NCBI GenBank assembly: GCA_977020255.1
Contig: CDROCS010002437.1
Coordinates: forward strand, 186,001-250,000
Source of the DNA: Obrimoposthia wandeli
Taxonomy: Eukaryota
Direction: 5' to 3'
Length of the DNA: 64,000 nucleotides
The notes under the pieces were generated by a model. That model was given only the letters and a program-made list of their open reading frames with translations, did not search any database and was not told where the DNA came from. Both the position numbers and the translations under genes were made by a program. This document shows, piece after piece, positions 12,551 through 27,219 of the stretch. Within the stretch, counting starts at the first letter, position 1. Each line of letters begins with the position of its first letter.

Positions 12551-14374
12551 ATTGGGCTTCAGTCACTCCTCAAACTTTAAATAAGACATATTACATCAAA
12601 TTCATTACAAACCAGTTTAAATATTTAATTAATTGGTTAATATCTGCCTATTTAAATGCATTACAAATTGCCCATATTTACATTTTGAACAGATAATTTG
12701 TTTATTTTAAAAGAAATAATATACATGTATAACTTGAGGAATCTAAGTGATTATAGAAGCATTTTAAAAATACAACTGCATTGTTTTCTTTAAATTTTAA
12801 CTTTTTTTGTGACACGGTAAATAATTTGTATATTCTTTACATAGTTGTATATAGAGGTGAAAAACTTCTATTGTGTCCTATGGAGAAACTTGGTGAAAAA
12901 TACCCATCAATGTTTTGACTGTGAGGAACAATCTCAAAATATGTATTATAATTTCTTGAATCTCACTGTACGTTTTTGTTTTCTTATGAACGATTTGTTA
13001 ATTTGTTTCTAAAAGATGATAAAGCCATTTATTGTCCATCTTATTTTTTCTATTTTCCACAATAATAATTTTTTTTAAAAATTGTGCAAACGTTCTTTAA
13101 TACAAAAGAAAAAATATATTTTGGGGTTTTCTCCTTGCTATTTTTCTGTTTCAGGAGATAAAATTGTCACACAAAAATATATTTTATATTTTAAGACGCG
13201 TGTTTTTTTAAAGTATATTTACTATACATATATTAATGAATATTCTGAGAAATTAAATCAATATATTCCGAATGATAAACATTCTACACTTTCAATGGGG
13301 AATTAAGATCATTGATTTTTTAAAACGTTTTATTAAATAAATTAATTTAAAATTAAAAGGAATAAATAAAAGGAAAAAGAAAAAATGAAAATTTTTTCTT
13401 TGTAATATATAATTTTTTCTTTTATTTTTCACAATGAACTTTACTTCAATAAACACAGTCCCATGCGAATATTTCACATCTAATGAACATAGTTCTTATG
13501 GGCTAGTTTACCACCTTTATTTTGACCAAAATAATTTGAATGTTATAATAATATTATGTGTAAATTATTTCTACCGATTTCAATCGAAATTTTATGTTGA
13601 TCCCAATGAAGAACCAACAGAGCTACGAGTTGAATTTATCAACTTGTAGAGGGAAACAATTTAATGTCACTTCAAAAGTTGAATTTTTTGTGAATTTTGA
13701 ATTTAGAATTGGTTTCCAAACCTCCGTTTATTTGCTACTAAGATTATCAGCTTATTCATCCCCATAGCGAAGTAAAACGTTTTTCTCAAAAATACTTTCT
13801 TATCTATGAAAAGTCGTTTGGCATCGTCATCGTTATTGCCAGATTTGAACCTCATTTTATATTTCCTTGACAAATGTTTAAGAAATGAAAATGAAAAAGA
13901 CTTCTTTGAAAAAATTCTTTTTGGCTCGTTTGTATAGAATTTTTTTGTCATATAATTTCAATCGTAAACGTAAAATCAAATCAACTCCAAAGTTTGTGAA
14001 TTACATCAAAAAGGCGAATTTATGATTAAACATTATAACGTTTCATTTATTTCGATATTGGAGACGATAAGCTCCGATTTAGGACCATTATGCACTATGA
14101 ATTTCAGAGAAGAACAAGTGCTAATGAAACCGCCGAAAGAATAAGTGCAGCATATCGAACAAATGTAGTCAGTCCTCGTGTGGTACAGTTACGACATGAA
14201 AAATGCTCACAAGTGTGCAGACCAAATATTTTGTAACCAGAAAAAGTAAAGCCTGCAGTTAACGGTTAGAGAATTGGAATTAATATTTAAATGTTCTTAT
14301 CCGTACATAATTGATTGATCAAGATGTATTTCATGACAAATAAATCAGACAATTTTAGGCAAGAAAAATGAATT

Positions 14375-14760
14375 AGTTGACAAAATGGTATAGAGAAGGA
14401 TTTTCATACAGAATAGTGACATCAGATGAACAATGGACCAAATTTGAGAACCCCAAGATAAGAAGAAGTTGGTGGGAAAGTGACAAAATTCCTCAAACTG
14501 GAGCAAAACAAAATGTATATGAAAGAAAGATGTAATGTGCGTACGGTGGGATATGACAGGAATTTTGACAAAGTATTGGAGGAAATTCAATAGATCGGTT
14601 CTGATTTATATTGGCCCCGTTAGATAACAGTCTGAACAGTAAAAGGTGTAATACGAACTATGAAGCTGGCACCTTTGTCAAGGAGTACTTCTCCATATAC
14701 GACGCAAATTTCTTCAAAATAGGTATAGAAAAAATAGTTAATCGCGGAAAAAACAAAAGA
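14375..14760 (+). mobile_element. Degenerate mariner (DD34D-type) transposase fragment
   Basis: RIVTSDEQWTKFENPKIRRSW...CVRWDMTGIL, then EYFSIYDANFFKIGIEKIVNR (C-terminus); middle part missing. Confidence 0.78.
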
Positions 14761-16947
14761 AGTAACCAGAAATTGTTTTGTTAAAGGCTTCTCAAGCATT
14801 TTAATTATGCAAAAGACATTTTCTACCAACCCAATTGTTTGGGTTGCCCTAGTCTAATATACACCAATCCAGGTGTAGGTGACCAATCGAGTTACAAACT
14901 ACAAATGGAGAGCCGCCTATAAAAATACTACATATCCACAAATATCTACAAAATGCAACCTTTGAAGGAAGCGCAAAATTTGGTTTTATATGTATTACAA
15001 AACAAGTGCCTGTGATTAAAATAGAAATGTATGGCTGGGATATTAGAAATGGTCCCAACTCCGTCCAGACGGTGAACTAAGGCTGCAGAGGAAATTTATA
15101 AAGATCCCTGATTTGTGAGACCCCAATCTGCCATTGTTGCTCCAGATTTATCGCTATGGCCCACTTTTATTGTTCTCGCCGAATAGCGGTAGCAAGTTAC
15201 CCATCACCTCGATCGACCTTACCCATGCCTATTTCACCCTGAACAGGGGAATGTGTATTCCTGATTCCACGAAGCTAGTTTCTGATTTCACATGTTTATG
15301 CTTTTATCGGTAACCTGACGATAATGGGTTATTCCGTGACAATTTTTAAGACGAGGAATTTAACACAAACTGTTAGTAAAATTATATATTTTGAAATTTA
15401 ATAAAATTATCTTATAATTATCGATCAGTGCCAGAATTCGAGATCACACATATTATCAAAAATGTATTCTCTCCCAAAACTCCAATATTTATATGATCTT
15501 CTCGACGCTGGTGCAGTGAGCTTGTACAATATACATTCATCTTAAGAGCAGCGATTCTCAAATAATAAACAGAGTGATAGAATATTTTTAATTTATGCTC
15601 AGAATCTTTACAACAATTCACTGATGAATATGAGAATCTGTAACAATGGTAAAATTTCCAGAAGCAGCTGAAAATGTCACTGTGCAGAAAGTTTTACGAA
15701 GAAAAATGAAAAAACAGGAAATATTTGGAGTGAAAGATATTAGCGATATTTTAAGTAAATTGTTATATTGTTAATTGTTATTAAATTTCAAAGCAATTTT
15801 GTTATTTACATCAATTTTTAGATTCTAATCCCTTCTTTTTGTGATTTTGATAATGGAACAGAGCTTTTGGAGAATTTAGAGAAAAAGCAATAGAAACAAA
15901 TTTGATGAAATTTTCCGAATCAAACAAGCGAAAAATTTCATTTCCTGAAGCCTTTCTCATATTAATTTTCCGATTTTAGAGATTAAAAGAATATGATGGC
16001 GTTTTCTTCAATTAATCTTTTTGATACTTATTAGCAGTACTTCCTCAGCGGGATTAGAGAATTTTACGCAGTATGCAGTTTAGTGTTTTTTGTGCACTTG
16101 GAGAATTCGGGTCGTAGAAGATCATAATGAATGATTACCTAGATATTTTCCAAATGTTACAGTGTAAAAGTAATGAAAATATACCCAGATGTTTGCAATA
16201 ACGAAGACAAGGTCAAGAAATAATTCAATTTTTAACCGAGTAATGAATTAATGATATAATTGGTGTAATCGTCATTCAAAGGGCTTGGGTTCGCGTAAAC
16301 TCCCCTAGATTAATGGAGAGAGGACGAACATGGATGCTAGTGATAACAATAGTGACCATTATTACAAGTCGTTAATCATGTCAATTGTTTATATTGAATA
16401 CTTAACAAATGTTTCTTTTGTTTGAATTTTTAAAAAAATGAATTTAAACCCGATTTTTTAATTTCCGTTGATTCGTTTTATTGGAATTTAAAAATAATTG
16501 CATTCTAAAACACAACTTAAAGTTATGATCTCTATCGATCTCATGATAGTTATAAATGATAGTCATTATGTGTATACTAATCATGAAACTATATCGCAGT
16601 CTTATTATTAATTGATCCCCATATATGTGTATGTGTTCTAACTATTTACAGACAGCGATAAGATTATGCTTGTTGGGAAATATTTGAAGAAAAATCGAGT
16701 TTATTCTGCTTTAATCGAATTATTCGTGATCAAAAGTGTACTTGGGTCGGCGGAAATCCAATTATGATATTCCGAGCAATGAATGAGGACGGCTTTGTGA
16801 CTTGTGTAGATAATAATACAGATAATAATCGCACTATCTAGAGTAAATATTTGCCAACTAGCCCGCAAGTCAACTGGTCAGATATACATGATACAACCAG
16901 TAGCTCCACAACAAAAATTGACCTACTAGTTTTATAACGTTTTACCA

Positions 16948-16976
16948 GTAGGTAGATGTGTGACTTCTGGCACAAA
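16948..16976. repeat. Copy of dispersed motif GTAGGTRGATGTGTGACTTCTGGCACAAA
   Basis: 16955-16976 is identical (22 bp) to 46800-46821; related copies at 46921-46941 (reverse complement) and 59163-59176. Confidence 0.85.
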
Positions 16977-17799
16977 GCCCCCTCTTAGCGAAACTTCAAC
17001 AAAAAATTATGCTGCAAATTTAAAAAAACTTTTTAAGGTCAATGTCAAAAGTAGGTCAAGGTCATATGATGTAGGTTAAATTTCTCCCGAGTAGAACGTC
17101 AGTAGATTATTTATTATAATTATCTCATTTATTCCAGTAAATAACAAGATCTTAAGATTTAATTAATTACAAATATTTTAATATTTTTCTTTGGCATAAA
17201 AATAACATCGAAATATTTCTTAATAAAAAGACTATTTGGTATTTGGGAGAACCCAATAATTGAGGGGTCATAAATCTGCTGCTCTCTCATATTTGGTTAT
17301 AAATCAGTCGACATCATAGAAACATTTATAATTTAAATTATTTGTTGAAATTTTAATTTTGACCTTCTACATTTAGAGCAATCTAGCGGGGGCTTCCTGG
17401 AGATCTATTTATATTGCGCGCCCAATTTTATGAACACTTTACATTTGGTCGTTGTAAGATAGAATTTTATTTAGTACTTTCAGAAAGTTTATCAAAATAA
17501 TGAATTGACTTTTTATTATTATATTTTCCAAAAGCAATCTTCTTTTGAATGAAATAAAAATAAAAAGTTTTGTGAACAGGATTTAATTATTAATATAAAT
17601 AAAAATCAAACGAAAAAAAATACACGAGTACATTTAGTTGATTAATGTTGACCAGTTATCATAAAAACATCCAGACATATCCTACCAGTGTTGACCTATA
17701 ATTGACATTTTATCAATATGATGACTGTTTATATCCAATATAACTTCTTGTATTTTAGACCAAAGCAAAACTTGTCCGTTCATAATTAAAAAACAAAAA

Positions 17800-17900
17800 T
17801 GATTAATCAGGATTATATGGTGGCCATCTTAATGTAATTAAAGGAGATTTGTAAAATAGCCAGTTACCTTTGTAGATATGTGCGACCTGACATTATCTTG
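17800..17900 (-). mobile_element. Degenerate Tc1-like transposase fragment
   Basis: Reads QDNVRSHISTKV, then after a frameshift RWPPYNPD. Confidence 0.45.
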
Positions 17901-19272
17901 ACTCCCAAAACCGGAAAAAACATTGTTGTTAAATTTATCAAAATATTTTTCTCTATTAAGTGTTAATTCTATTTTTCACATATCATAAAAGAACCAAAAT
18001 TTGGCGCCTTCTTCTTTAATCTGGTTCATACTCTTTGTGGATCTCCCAGAAAAACAATAAACAGGTCTATCTGACTTAGATCTAACTCTATCCAAGAAAA
18101 CTAATTGTTGAACTTTATGCAGTATCATTTGTTGATTTTTAACCACTTTACGTTTAGTCAATGAAATGGAGTTTTTTTTAACCCTATTTCGTCTGAACCA
18201 AGAATTTGTTTAAAGGTTTAACCTATTTTAATGCATAATTTATTTTAAGACGACTTATTATTCAGAAGTTATATTTATATATATTGTTGAAATAACTAGG
18301 CGTTACAATTTAGACAAACTCTAAAGCAACAGATGTTTGAAAAAGTATTGTATCAAATATGGAGAATGATTAAATAAAATAAATTACATTGTACATTTAT
18401 TAACTATACATTTACCTTGCCGAGGGAGTTCATTATATGCTAAAATATCCAATTCAAATGATTTTAATTCCCAAAAAATTATCTGCATGTCTCTCAAAAT
18501 TGTTTGAAACGATTGTCAATTTTGAATTATGTCTTCACATTTAAAGAATGATCCACGATGCAATGGTTTGGACTTCATTTCCTTTTTTGACAAAAAAACT
18601 AACCATCGCACATTCCTCTTCAAAATTACGCTTCTTATTTCTTTCTCATCGATTTGTACAAAACGTATAAAATCATTATCCCTTATGTACTCTTCTCCGT
18701 TTTCTTTATTCGTTGACTATTTTTGATACTTCACGATATATCGACAATATTGTATTTGTTGAAAGTGAAAAATTATTAATAATAGTAAATATATATTATT
18801 ATAAAATTAAGATAATTAGTTACATTTTTATCTTCGAATCCCATTATTTTTATATATAATTTTCATATAAATCTCGGAATCTGTAAATATAATCTCATAT
18901 TTTTCAACTGAATTATTCCTCAGCTTCATTTATATTTCATATGTAGTTTTATCTGCAATTTCATTTTATCGTTTGTGCATTAAATTCAACAATTTCAACA
19001 TTGTTCATCCGGAAAAACAACAAATCTAAACACAAAAAAGAAGTTAAATTGTTTTTTATTTAATATGTTTATTTCTCCCCTATTCTTGGGAATTTCAAAA
19101 AGCATGAATTAAATTTCATTTCACAATTAATCATTGCAGATTTTATTATTGTTTTACTGCATTTCGAAAGAGGAAATTTGTGAATAAAACTATTGTTTTA
19201 TTATTTGAATTTGTTTTAATTGACATTTTCAAAAAGTGTTAAAAAATATATATATTGAAAAAAATTATTTTT

Positions 19273-19300
19273 AGGGCATAGGCCCACAATAACTACTTAA
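19273..19300. repeat. 28-bp dispersed direct repeat
   Basis: AGGGCATAGGCCCACAATAACTACTTAA is identical at 19273-19300 and 21478-21505; the second copy lies inside the hAT-like MITE. Confidence 0.85.
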
Positions 19301-20589
19301 AAATTAAGTTTCCTTAGAAAAAATATAAAACTGTAAATTATTTTTTCTGACTACATTTTATCAGGAATTTCAACCAATAAAAGTACGAGAGAGATTTAAC
19401 AGATAAATTGTATGTGACTAACAATAGTATTCCGGACAATACATTTTCACTATAAATGAACAATAAAAAACGTTTTTGTTTTTATTTCACATAGAAACTT
19501 AGTAATAATCTATTTTCCCTTAATTTTTAGTAATTCATATTTCGTGAAATAAAAGAAACTATGTAGGAATTCAGATCACAGCTATTTTTTATCATTTTTT
19601 AAAATTTGAGATGGATATTATTTGGAATTAATGGTTGATATACATAGGTATTTTTTGATAATCTAAAATGTGGAGTGTTTTCAATCCAATGTTAAATAAA
19701 TTTTTAATACAAGGTTTCAAAATCAAGTATTTACGAAGCACATATTCATTCCCATACTTCACACTAACGTTTAATTTGGGTCGTTGCGGGTATTGGTGTT
19801 TTTAAGAAATGTACCACATCTGGTTTCATTTTGTACAGATTCCAAAAGAGACTCCCACAAATCCAATACTTGTCGTAAGAAGATTCGTTTATCGATAAAT
19901 TCATCCACACACCAGTTTTAAACTTAACACAATCTGATAGGCCCTCGTATTTATCATCTAAAAAGAGGTATAATATAATTAATGCAATAATTCATACCAA
20001 GTCCAAGTAAAGACGCATTTAATTCCATTTTACATCACGGCTACTTCCCAGGTTCCGAAATTATGGGTTTTACCATTAAGTGTAACAAATGCTAAAGCTT
20101 CAAGTTCCTCGTAAGGTTTCTTGGTAATTCCGAAGTTTTAATAATCCATCAAGAAAGGTTTCCTACGACCGAAAGACGGAATGCGTCGATCAAGCGTTTT
20201 GCTTATTTGTTTGTATATCCCCTTTTTAATACCTGTGTTAACATGGCAAGTATCTGTTTGAGATATTAACCGCGGTTTTTGTTTCCATCATAGATTTTAA
20301 AATAGGGTTGGGAAATGAGCATATATTGGTTTTCCTGTGCTCTTTCGTCATATTGTGCACACACACTAATGTTTCCACAGCTTTACCTTCCCGATCCTTT
20401 ACTGTTTTTCCGCTGAAGTGCAAACTTAGCATTTGATTTGATAAAATTATCTTCAATTTTAAAATTCCTGATATTGTACATCCTCGTCTAGCATTTGTAG
20501 AAACAAATATCTGCTCACAGGTATCCTCTCCTCAGGCTGCAAAGATCCCAACTGATGGAGAAATAACCTGCTTCAAAATAATCACACGA

Positions 20590-21000
20590 AGAAGCAGTCG
20601 TGAAAATTAACGTCCTATTAACATGGAATTTTGCTTCATCTGAGAATTTTAAGTTGCTCAGGAAGCGACCATTGTCTTCATATCTTTTAATTATTAATCT
20701 GCAAAAGTCAGTGTGAGGCTGGAAATAACATTTTAGTTCTTATCTAAGATTGGTGATGTGACGGTACACCGAAGATTTGGAAACACCTGAGGTTTGATGT
20801 GGGGTTCCAGGTTGAGCATCAATTATTTCTATAACCCTTTTCAGGGAATCATACCAACTGCTTGACGCTTGGCCTTACCCTCCAACGTGCTAAAACTTCC
20901 CCAAACTTCTTCATGTACATTCTAGCAGCCTCAGAATCATGTCCAGTCATAATAACCGATGAAGTAGCATACACCGTTTGTTCAAGGGTAAATTCCCTCG
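20590..21000 (-). mobile_element. Degenerate IS630-Tc1-mariner transposase, N-terminal fragment
   Basis: Reads GVSKSSVYRH (HTH-like) and FLSNLKFSDEAKFHVN (first catalytic D, FSDEAxF motif). Confidence 0.55.
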
Positions 21001-21370
21001 TTTAGGGGTGTCTCGTGATTAAAGGTCAGATGATTATGTTTATGGAATTAACTACACATAGGTCATAAGCGAATTTAAAATGCTATAATTTGTGGTTAGC
21101 GAAATTGGAGGTGATGACTCCAGCTTTTCAAATCTAAGATGATATCTTTGTGAAAAGAATGATTTAAACATTAATGGATCTCAACAGCAGTTTAAAATTG
21201 TAGTGTCTTCAAAAATTAAAAAGAAAATTGTTTTTATAAATCTTTTTGTGAGATAATTGTACTTACTCTGCTTATACAAATCTTCGTGTAAACGTACTTG
21301 TGAAAGCAGTTTTGAGACTATCCGATTGGGAAGAAATATATTGTTTTTTTATTTAAAATTTGGGCTGTAC

Positions 21371-21683
21371 CAGGGGTTTGCAAAATGGGGTTCAGTAGAC
21401 CAAATCAAAAGTTTCGCGAGCCGACATTCAATAAAAAAATTATTTACAAAAATTGGCATTAATTTTACTCACCTCCCAGGGCATAGGCCCACAATAACTA
21501 CTTAAGTACTTATTAAACAAGTCATTAGTTTAACTTTAAATTTTTTATTCAATTTTCAAAATAAAAAAAGTTTTATTTTTATTCTTCACTTTATGGTTTT
21601 GAGTATTTTTAAATAGTTAGGGGTTCCAATATTTTTAAATAATACCAACGGGTTCCGAGGCCAAAAACGGTTGGAAACCCCCG
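21371..21683. mobile_element. hAT-type MITE, decayed
   Basis: Ends CAGGGGTTTGCAAA ... GGTTGGAAACCCCCG with subterminal GGGTTCC. The 8-bp flanks GGCTGTAC and GACCATAC match at 5/8 positions (possible decayed TSD). Confidence 0.55.
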
Positions 21684-24209
21684 GACCATACTTGTGTGAT
21701 CGATTGGATTATGTAGAATGTTATTTAAAAGGAACACGCGTCTTTTTGGGTTCAGATTGAATAAACGGATGTAGTCTTAATAAATAGTTTTTCTTAATTA
21801 ATTCCAGTGAGTGATCTAAAGTTACTTTAAGAATAATCCCACGGGGGATGCTTCAATCTTCGTCCTATTAGTTTTACAGATTTATGATATTAAATACACG
21901 ACAAATCTGTGCTTATTTGTTCTAAATATCAATAATAAAAATGTTTGACAATCCTGTCCAGGGTTTCAATTATATCAAGGCGTTAATATAATTTTGAATT
22001 TGAACTTAAAATAATCTATTATAAACGTTATACCGCTCGATAAATAAATAAAGGTTAACAAAATTAATTTGAATTTCAAAATTATCCAAAATAATAAATG
22101 TTGTTCAACTTTAGTTTTATTTACATGGAAAAATTTATTAATATAACCAACGTACAAAATTGTAGTAAATAAGTATTTTCAAATTCAGTGATCTTCTCAG
22201 TTTTTACAGATATTCGGCAGTTCTGTATGATACGGATGATTTCTAATAAATATGTATTCGAATACTCAGAGGGACCCAGTTGGGATTATTCCCCTATAAT
22301 CGAATTGTTGTAAACACAAATTCAACTTTTGTAAGTTAATACTAAAGAAAATTTATAAAAATACGTTACTGCTTACGTCGACATTTAAAAAGAAAGTGTT
22401 TCATTTTCTGTTATATTGGGGTGAAAAATTCCATTCTACGTCATATTTTCAAAATTGCCGGTTAGAAGGAATAAAAGTAAATGTCTCCTTAATTTAAAAA
22501 AAATAAATAAGGAGAATTCACCCTTTTTTCAGAGCCAAGATGAAAATTATTTGAAATTTTATTGTCATTGCAGTTGTTTGAACAACCAACTTCTAAGAAA
22601 GGGGTCCGTGTCTCCGTCTCATTGTAGGGTCACCCTTTCCGCCAGCCATCTCGATCAATCATCTTGCCCTCAGCTTGCCCTCGATAAACATCCTTATCCG
22701 CGGTGTTGACGAAGCTGTCGCTATTCATCAACGGCGACGGTCTATGTAGGTAACCGGAGAAACAAGTTGATCACAATGACACATGTGCTGAGGAAACTTA
22801 TTGAATCAGATTTTCAATTGTAGAAATTATTATAACACTTTTTCGTAACCCCGTATTAGTAGAATATCGTAAGTTATCGAATGCAGTTGAGTATGACATA
22901 AAGTGAGACGTAACAGTTTCAAAAAATATTTTTTGACTCTTCAAAAAAAGCTCCGTATGCCAGTTGAGTGGAAATTTGAATGGACTATTCGTTAGACTGT
23001 TGGTTATGATTTGGGAAGAAGAGTTTTAGTGTCGAATGACCGAAAACTCCAATATGGAACTAAAGATCGATTCACCGTTCAGCCTTTAGTATGGCCATGG
23101 CAGGTCTCTCACTTCAAACGAAACGTATGTTATTAAATAGCTTAGCTTATTAGTCTACTCGTTCCAGAAAACCATTTCAAAAATTACCCATTATTTGTCG
23201 AATTTCTAGTTTCATTCCCCCAAAGAAAAATAAGGACAAAAACCACTATTTTAAAAAGAAACTTTATCCTTATTTCCACACATAACCCACTTATTGGGGC
23301 TACATTCCTGTACAGTCTGGGAAACCTTTGTCAGTAATTATATCAAAAAGCTTACTGAAGATTTGTGAAAAACCTAAGCATTCAAAGTATTGATTTTTAC
23401 GTCTGTAAACTTTCTAAAAATATTTATATCTTCATCTAACAGACTTAATAAGATCAACATTTTCTATTGTTTCAATCTAAAACTAGTCAAAACTCTTTCT
23501 GTGTGGGAGTAGAGTCTCATTATAAACATAGCTTAGATAGTAAAGGATTAAATACAGTTACATGATCACAGTACTCCGCAAATTTTGCCTCATCGGCATT
23601 TGATCAAATGGGCCAGTGCGAGGTCGTTTTGTGGGTACGCTTCGCAGTGCTTTGTTTTTCTTTCAAGCACAGACGTGTAAAATAAAGGAAAATAGGATTT
23701 CGCGAAGCACAGTTGAAGGATGATGAAGGCTTATGATGAAACTGCTGAGAGGTGTACAGGTTGTGACGAAGAAGAATATGATTACGTTACTGAAACAGTT
23801 GGTGTTGAGTTCAAGGCTCTGACGAACCGAGAGCCGCTGCTAAAACACAGAATTATTTTGCATACACAGCTGAAGAAGGTTGCAACATACACAATTTAAT
23901 AATTCTCAATGGCATCGTTTTACGAATTAATGGTGTAACTGTACTCTACACATTATACTACTGTTATTGTGGGTATGTACGACGATAAAACCTCCAGTTT
24001 ATTCCCCATTAACTCGCAAATGAGCAACACATAACAGTTTTTTATTTCTTTAGAGAAGCGACATAAAATCAGAGGAACGTAAGATCAGTTATCCAACAAT
24101 TTATTCATATATCATTTGCATTGATTATTTTAATCAGATTTACCACAATAATAAACATTGTTATTATTTATATTCTTATTACCATCATCATTGTCATTCC
24201 CACACTCAT

Positions 24210-24640
24210 TATACCCCCCCGCGTAGTCGATAACCGTAGCGTAATATGGGCAATGTATTCCCTACGAATCAAGATGTTATCAACTAACCGAATTCAATAT
24301 GATAAACTAGAAATATCTTGAAAATGACGAAGCGTAACAGACGATTGATTCTAGAAGAGGCTGTTTTCCCGATTCATGGGACTTCAGGTCGTGCTAGTGT
24401 CTGGAATATTCATACAGGTGATGATGAACCTTCTATTGCAGCTGGTACAGAACAGAATTGGATTTATATTGAGGAACAGCTTATAGAATATGCTGAAATT
24501 AGATCTTGAAATGCATCACTGAGTGACATTCCGTCCTTATTTCTTTCTGGTGATTTCTGGACTGTACTAGATGCTGAAACCAATCGTTACGCCACACAAT
24601 ATTTGAAGTTACACTATCAAAATACGATACAGCTATCTAA
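24210..24640 (+). mobile_element. Possible piggyBac-like transposase N-terminal relic
   Basis: Reads IPSLFLSGDFWTVLDAETNRYATQ, resembling FxLFFxDxxxxxIVxETNRYAxQ. Confidence 0.4.
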
Positions 24641-26956
24641 AACTTTCAAATAAAGGCCAAAAATATGAGTCAGACTTAAAAATGAACGAAGAGTATTGCT
24701 TAACTAAAAAAGGGAAAAGGATTATCCTCAGCTGAAGGGTTAAACCGGTTAGTTCTAACATATTTAGTATACATAACCTTTCTTTCTAAAATATGTATCA
24801 ATTTCTTTGAATTTTTGTTTTTGTTCCAATTTTAAGTTTGCTAAATATCGTTTTTCACTCTATTGATGTTGTAAGTTTAAAAACAAATCTTTGAAATTGA
24901 TTTTTGTAACGCAGTGCTAAGCGAATCAAAATGACAGACCAAAAATTCTACAAAGAAAACAAAATTACGGGAATCATTAACGAATTTTTGGATGCTTAGA
25001 TTTGTATTGGAAGATATCAAATAACCGATATGTATTGACAAATGATTCCCCGTGGAAAATTGGATTAAAACAGCACCAGATAATCAAATATACATGATAT
25101 GTTAGTCAACTTGACAAAAATAGGACCCTCACATATATAGTGAAACGCTTATAAAATCCCACATGTTTGATTGTATTTCAAAGGGTTTTGTAAAAGGTAA
25201 TGTTTCAGTTTTTATAGCAATCTTTGAACCAGATGATGTCATTGTCCTAGCATTAGTTGAAAATCTCTTGGATCTTAAGTTTTCCTGACTTATTACAAAA
25301 ATATCAAGGAATTTATTATGTCAACGGTATGTACATATGAAGTATCTATTAAAAATTAGTCACTGATCTCGTTTTGTACATGTTTTTGTGTTTTGTAAAT
25401 TTTCAAAATAAATATAAATTAGGGTGAGATTTATTTTGTTAGTTATCTGTGTTTAGGTGAGGTATAAAGATGATGGAATATCCAAATTTAGACAATTTGG
25501 GAGACGTAGTTCCTGGATCTCTGGATTTGCGGACCGAATAACAGAGAGAAGTCATGGGGGAACTGGTCATTGTTGAGAGGACATATTAATGGCCAAATAA
25601 TGGGCAACAGTCACCAGCAACTAGAGAGAGAAGGTCGCTTGTGAAATGGAAAAGTCTGTTATTCAAGTCAAGCTGATATTTATCTTTGAAATGGATCCCT
25701 CTGGCATTATAAATATTTGACAATCCCAATTTGGGTGCCAGTCTCGCCCGGGCAAACATTCACTTCCCCTCTGCCTCGGAGTGGTTATATTGACTTTGAT
25801 GATTGTCATAACTCTGGGCTCTCCTCTCAACTATCGATCCCCGGAGGCAGATGAACATAGGCATCGACTCAGCTGCTGCTGCTGACTCCCAATTGCTGAG
25901 TGGCAGCTTTTTCTTCATCGTGTTTAGAGGGAGCAATAGTTGAGCTGGAAATTACAAAGATAAATTTGGGAAATTTCTGAAAATCGGAGTCTACAGTAAA
26001 TAGATAACAAACTTCAAGGATATCAAAATTCTATTACGTATGGTACAACATATATTAGGTCGTATGTTTTAGTATTCATATGCGTAATATCGAATTTGTG
26101 GCAGTCTTCTCCTAGTGGGAGACTTCTGGTAAACCCTATCTATATATCGCTCAGCTCAGAGGACAACCACGGGCCTGCGTCTGCCATTGGCTGGCCTCAG
26201 GCATTTCAGCACTCTATGGATGCACTATGGGATTTTCAGTTTTAAGTGGTCTAAAAGGGGGTTAAAATGTTTTTTTTCAGTTCAACCAAATTAGCACTTG
26301 TGCAGTTGAAAAGTATATGTATGTCTTAGTTTGAATAATTATCCACACATGCGCGTGTTTAAAGAATATAGGTACCTCTTAGACCGGACATATCCACCTA
26401 TTCATAATATTACTGTAAATTCGTAAAATTGTCCTAGTTATTTTTTCCCTGAAAGCTTTTTAATGCTAACCGCTTACTTCAATAAAACAAATATTGAAAA
26501 AGCGATACAATGGCCATATTCACCAGTTTTACACCACGGTAGCAGGTGACTTAAGCAAAAGATAAAGAAGGACACATATGGGAATTAAATATCAGGAAAA
26601 TAGTTTGTGTTTGTTTGTTCTTGAAATACGCGACGGTTTGCTTCTTAATAAATACTTTAAAGGGCTTTGTGTTTTCCTAAAAATAAGTCATTTTTTTAAT
26701 TTACAAAATGGGGAAATTTGACATTAGGTGCAATTACGAGATGGAGCTGGGCTTGTGCTACTGATGGGTATGTGTAGTCTGAATTGGTCGGTATTTTGGG
26801 CCAAATGTATCGTGCTGCTGACAGTGGGGTGCGGGTGCACGACGTGCAACCGTGCTAATTGAAGGCTAATTGGATGGGCCGCTAAAATGGTGCATGCATG
26901 GATGTGATCGGACCCTTCAGCACATCAAAAAGGTCATCCTGGTACGGGGAGCACTG

Positions 26957-26964
26957 TTTATATA
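26957..26964 (-). promoter_or_regulatory. Candidate TATA box in a GC-richer promoter-like island (26740-27050)
   Basis: CCTATATAAA on the minus strand, followed by a GC-rich stretch, oriented toward the LRR-Ig gene. Motif match only. Confidence 0.25.
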
Positions 26965-27219
26965 GGACGGCGAAGGCTCATTATTAATTGGGGTCTGAAA
27001 CGATACATTAGTCGCGGAATTTTTTCTCTGGCGAAAAATTAATGGCCTATATATAATATTATATTATGTCATTTTTACCACCTTTTTGCCAATAACTCAT
27101 TTCCGAATTTTCCCTCTCGACGCAGTGTACTATCTCTCTAAGACAATGGAATCTAGGTTTTTATGCATACCAAAATGTCCGACAAGTCATTTACTTCCTG
27201 ACATTTCTGATTTTTTTCT

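Noticed and set aside
19740-20460. Possible Helitron/helicase-related relic (PYEELEALAFVTL)
   Set aside because: One short motif in a heavily interrupted region; not enough to call.
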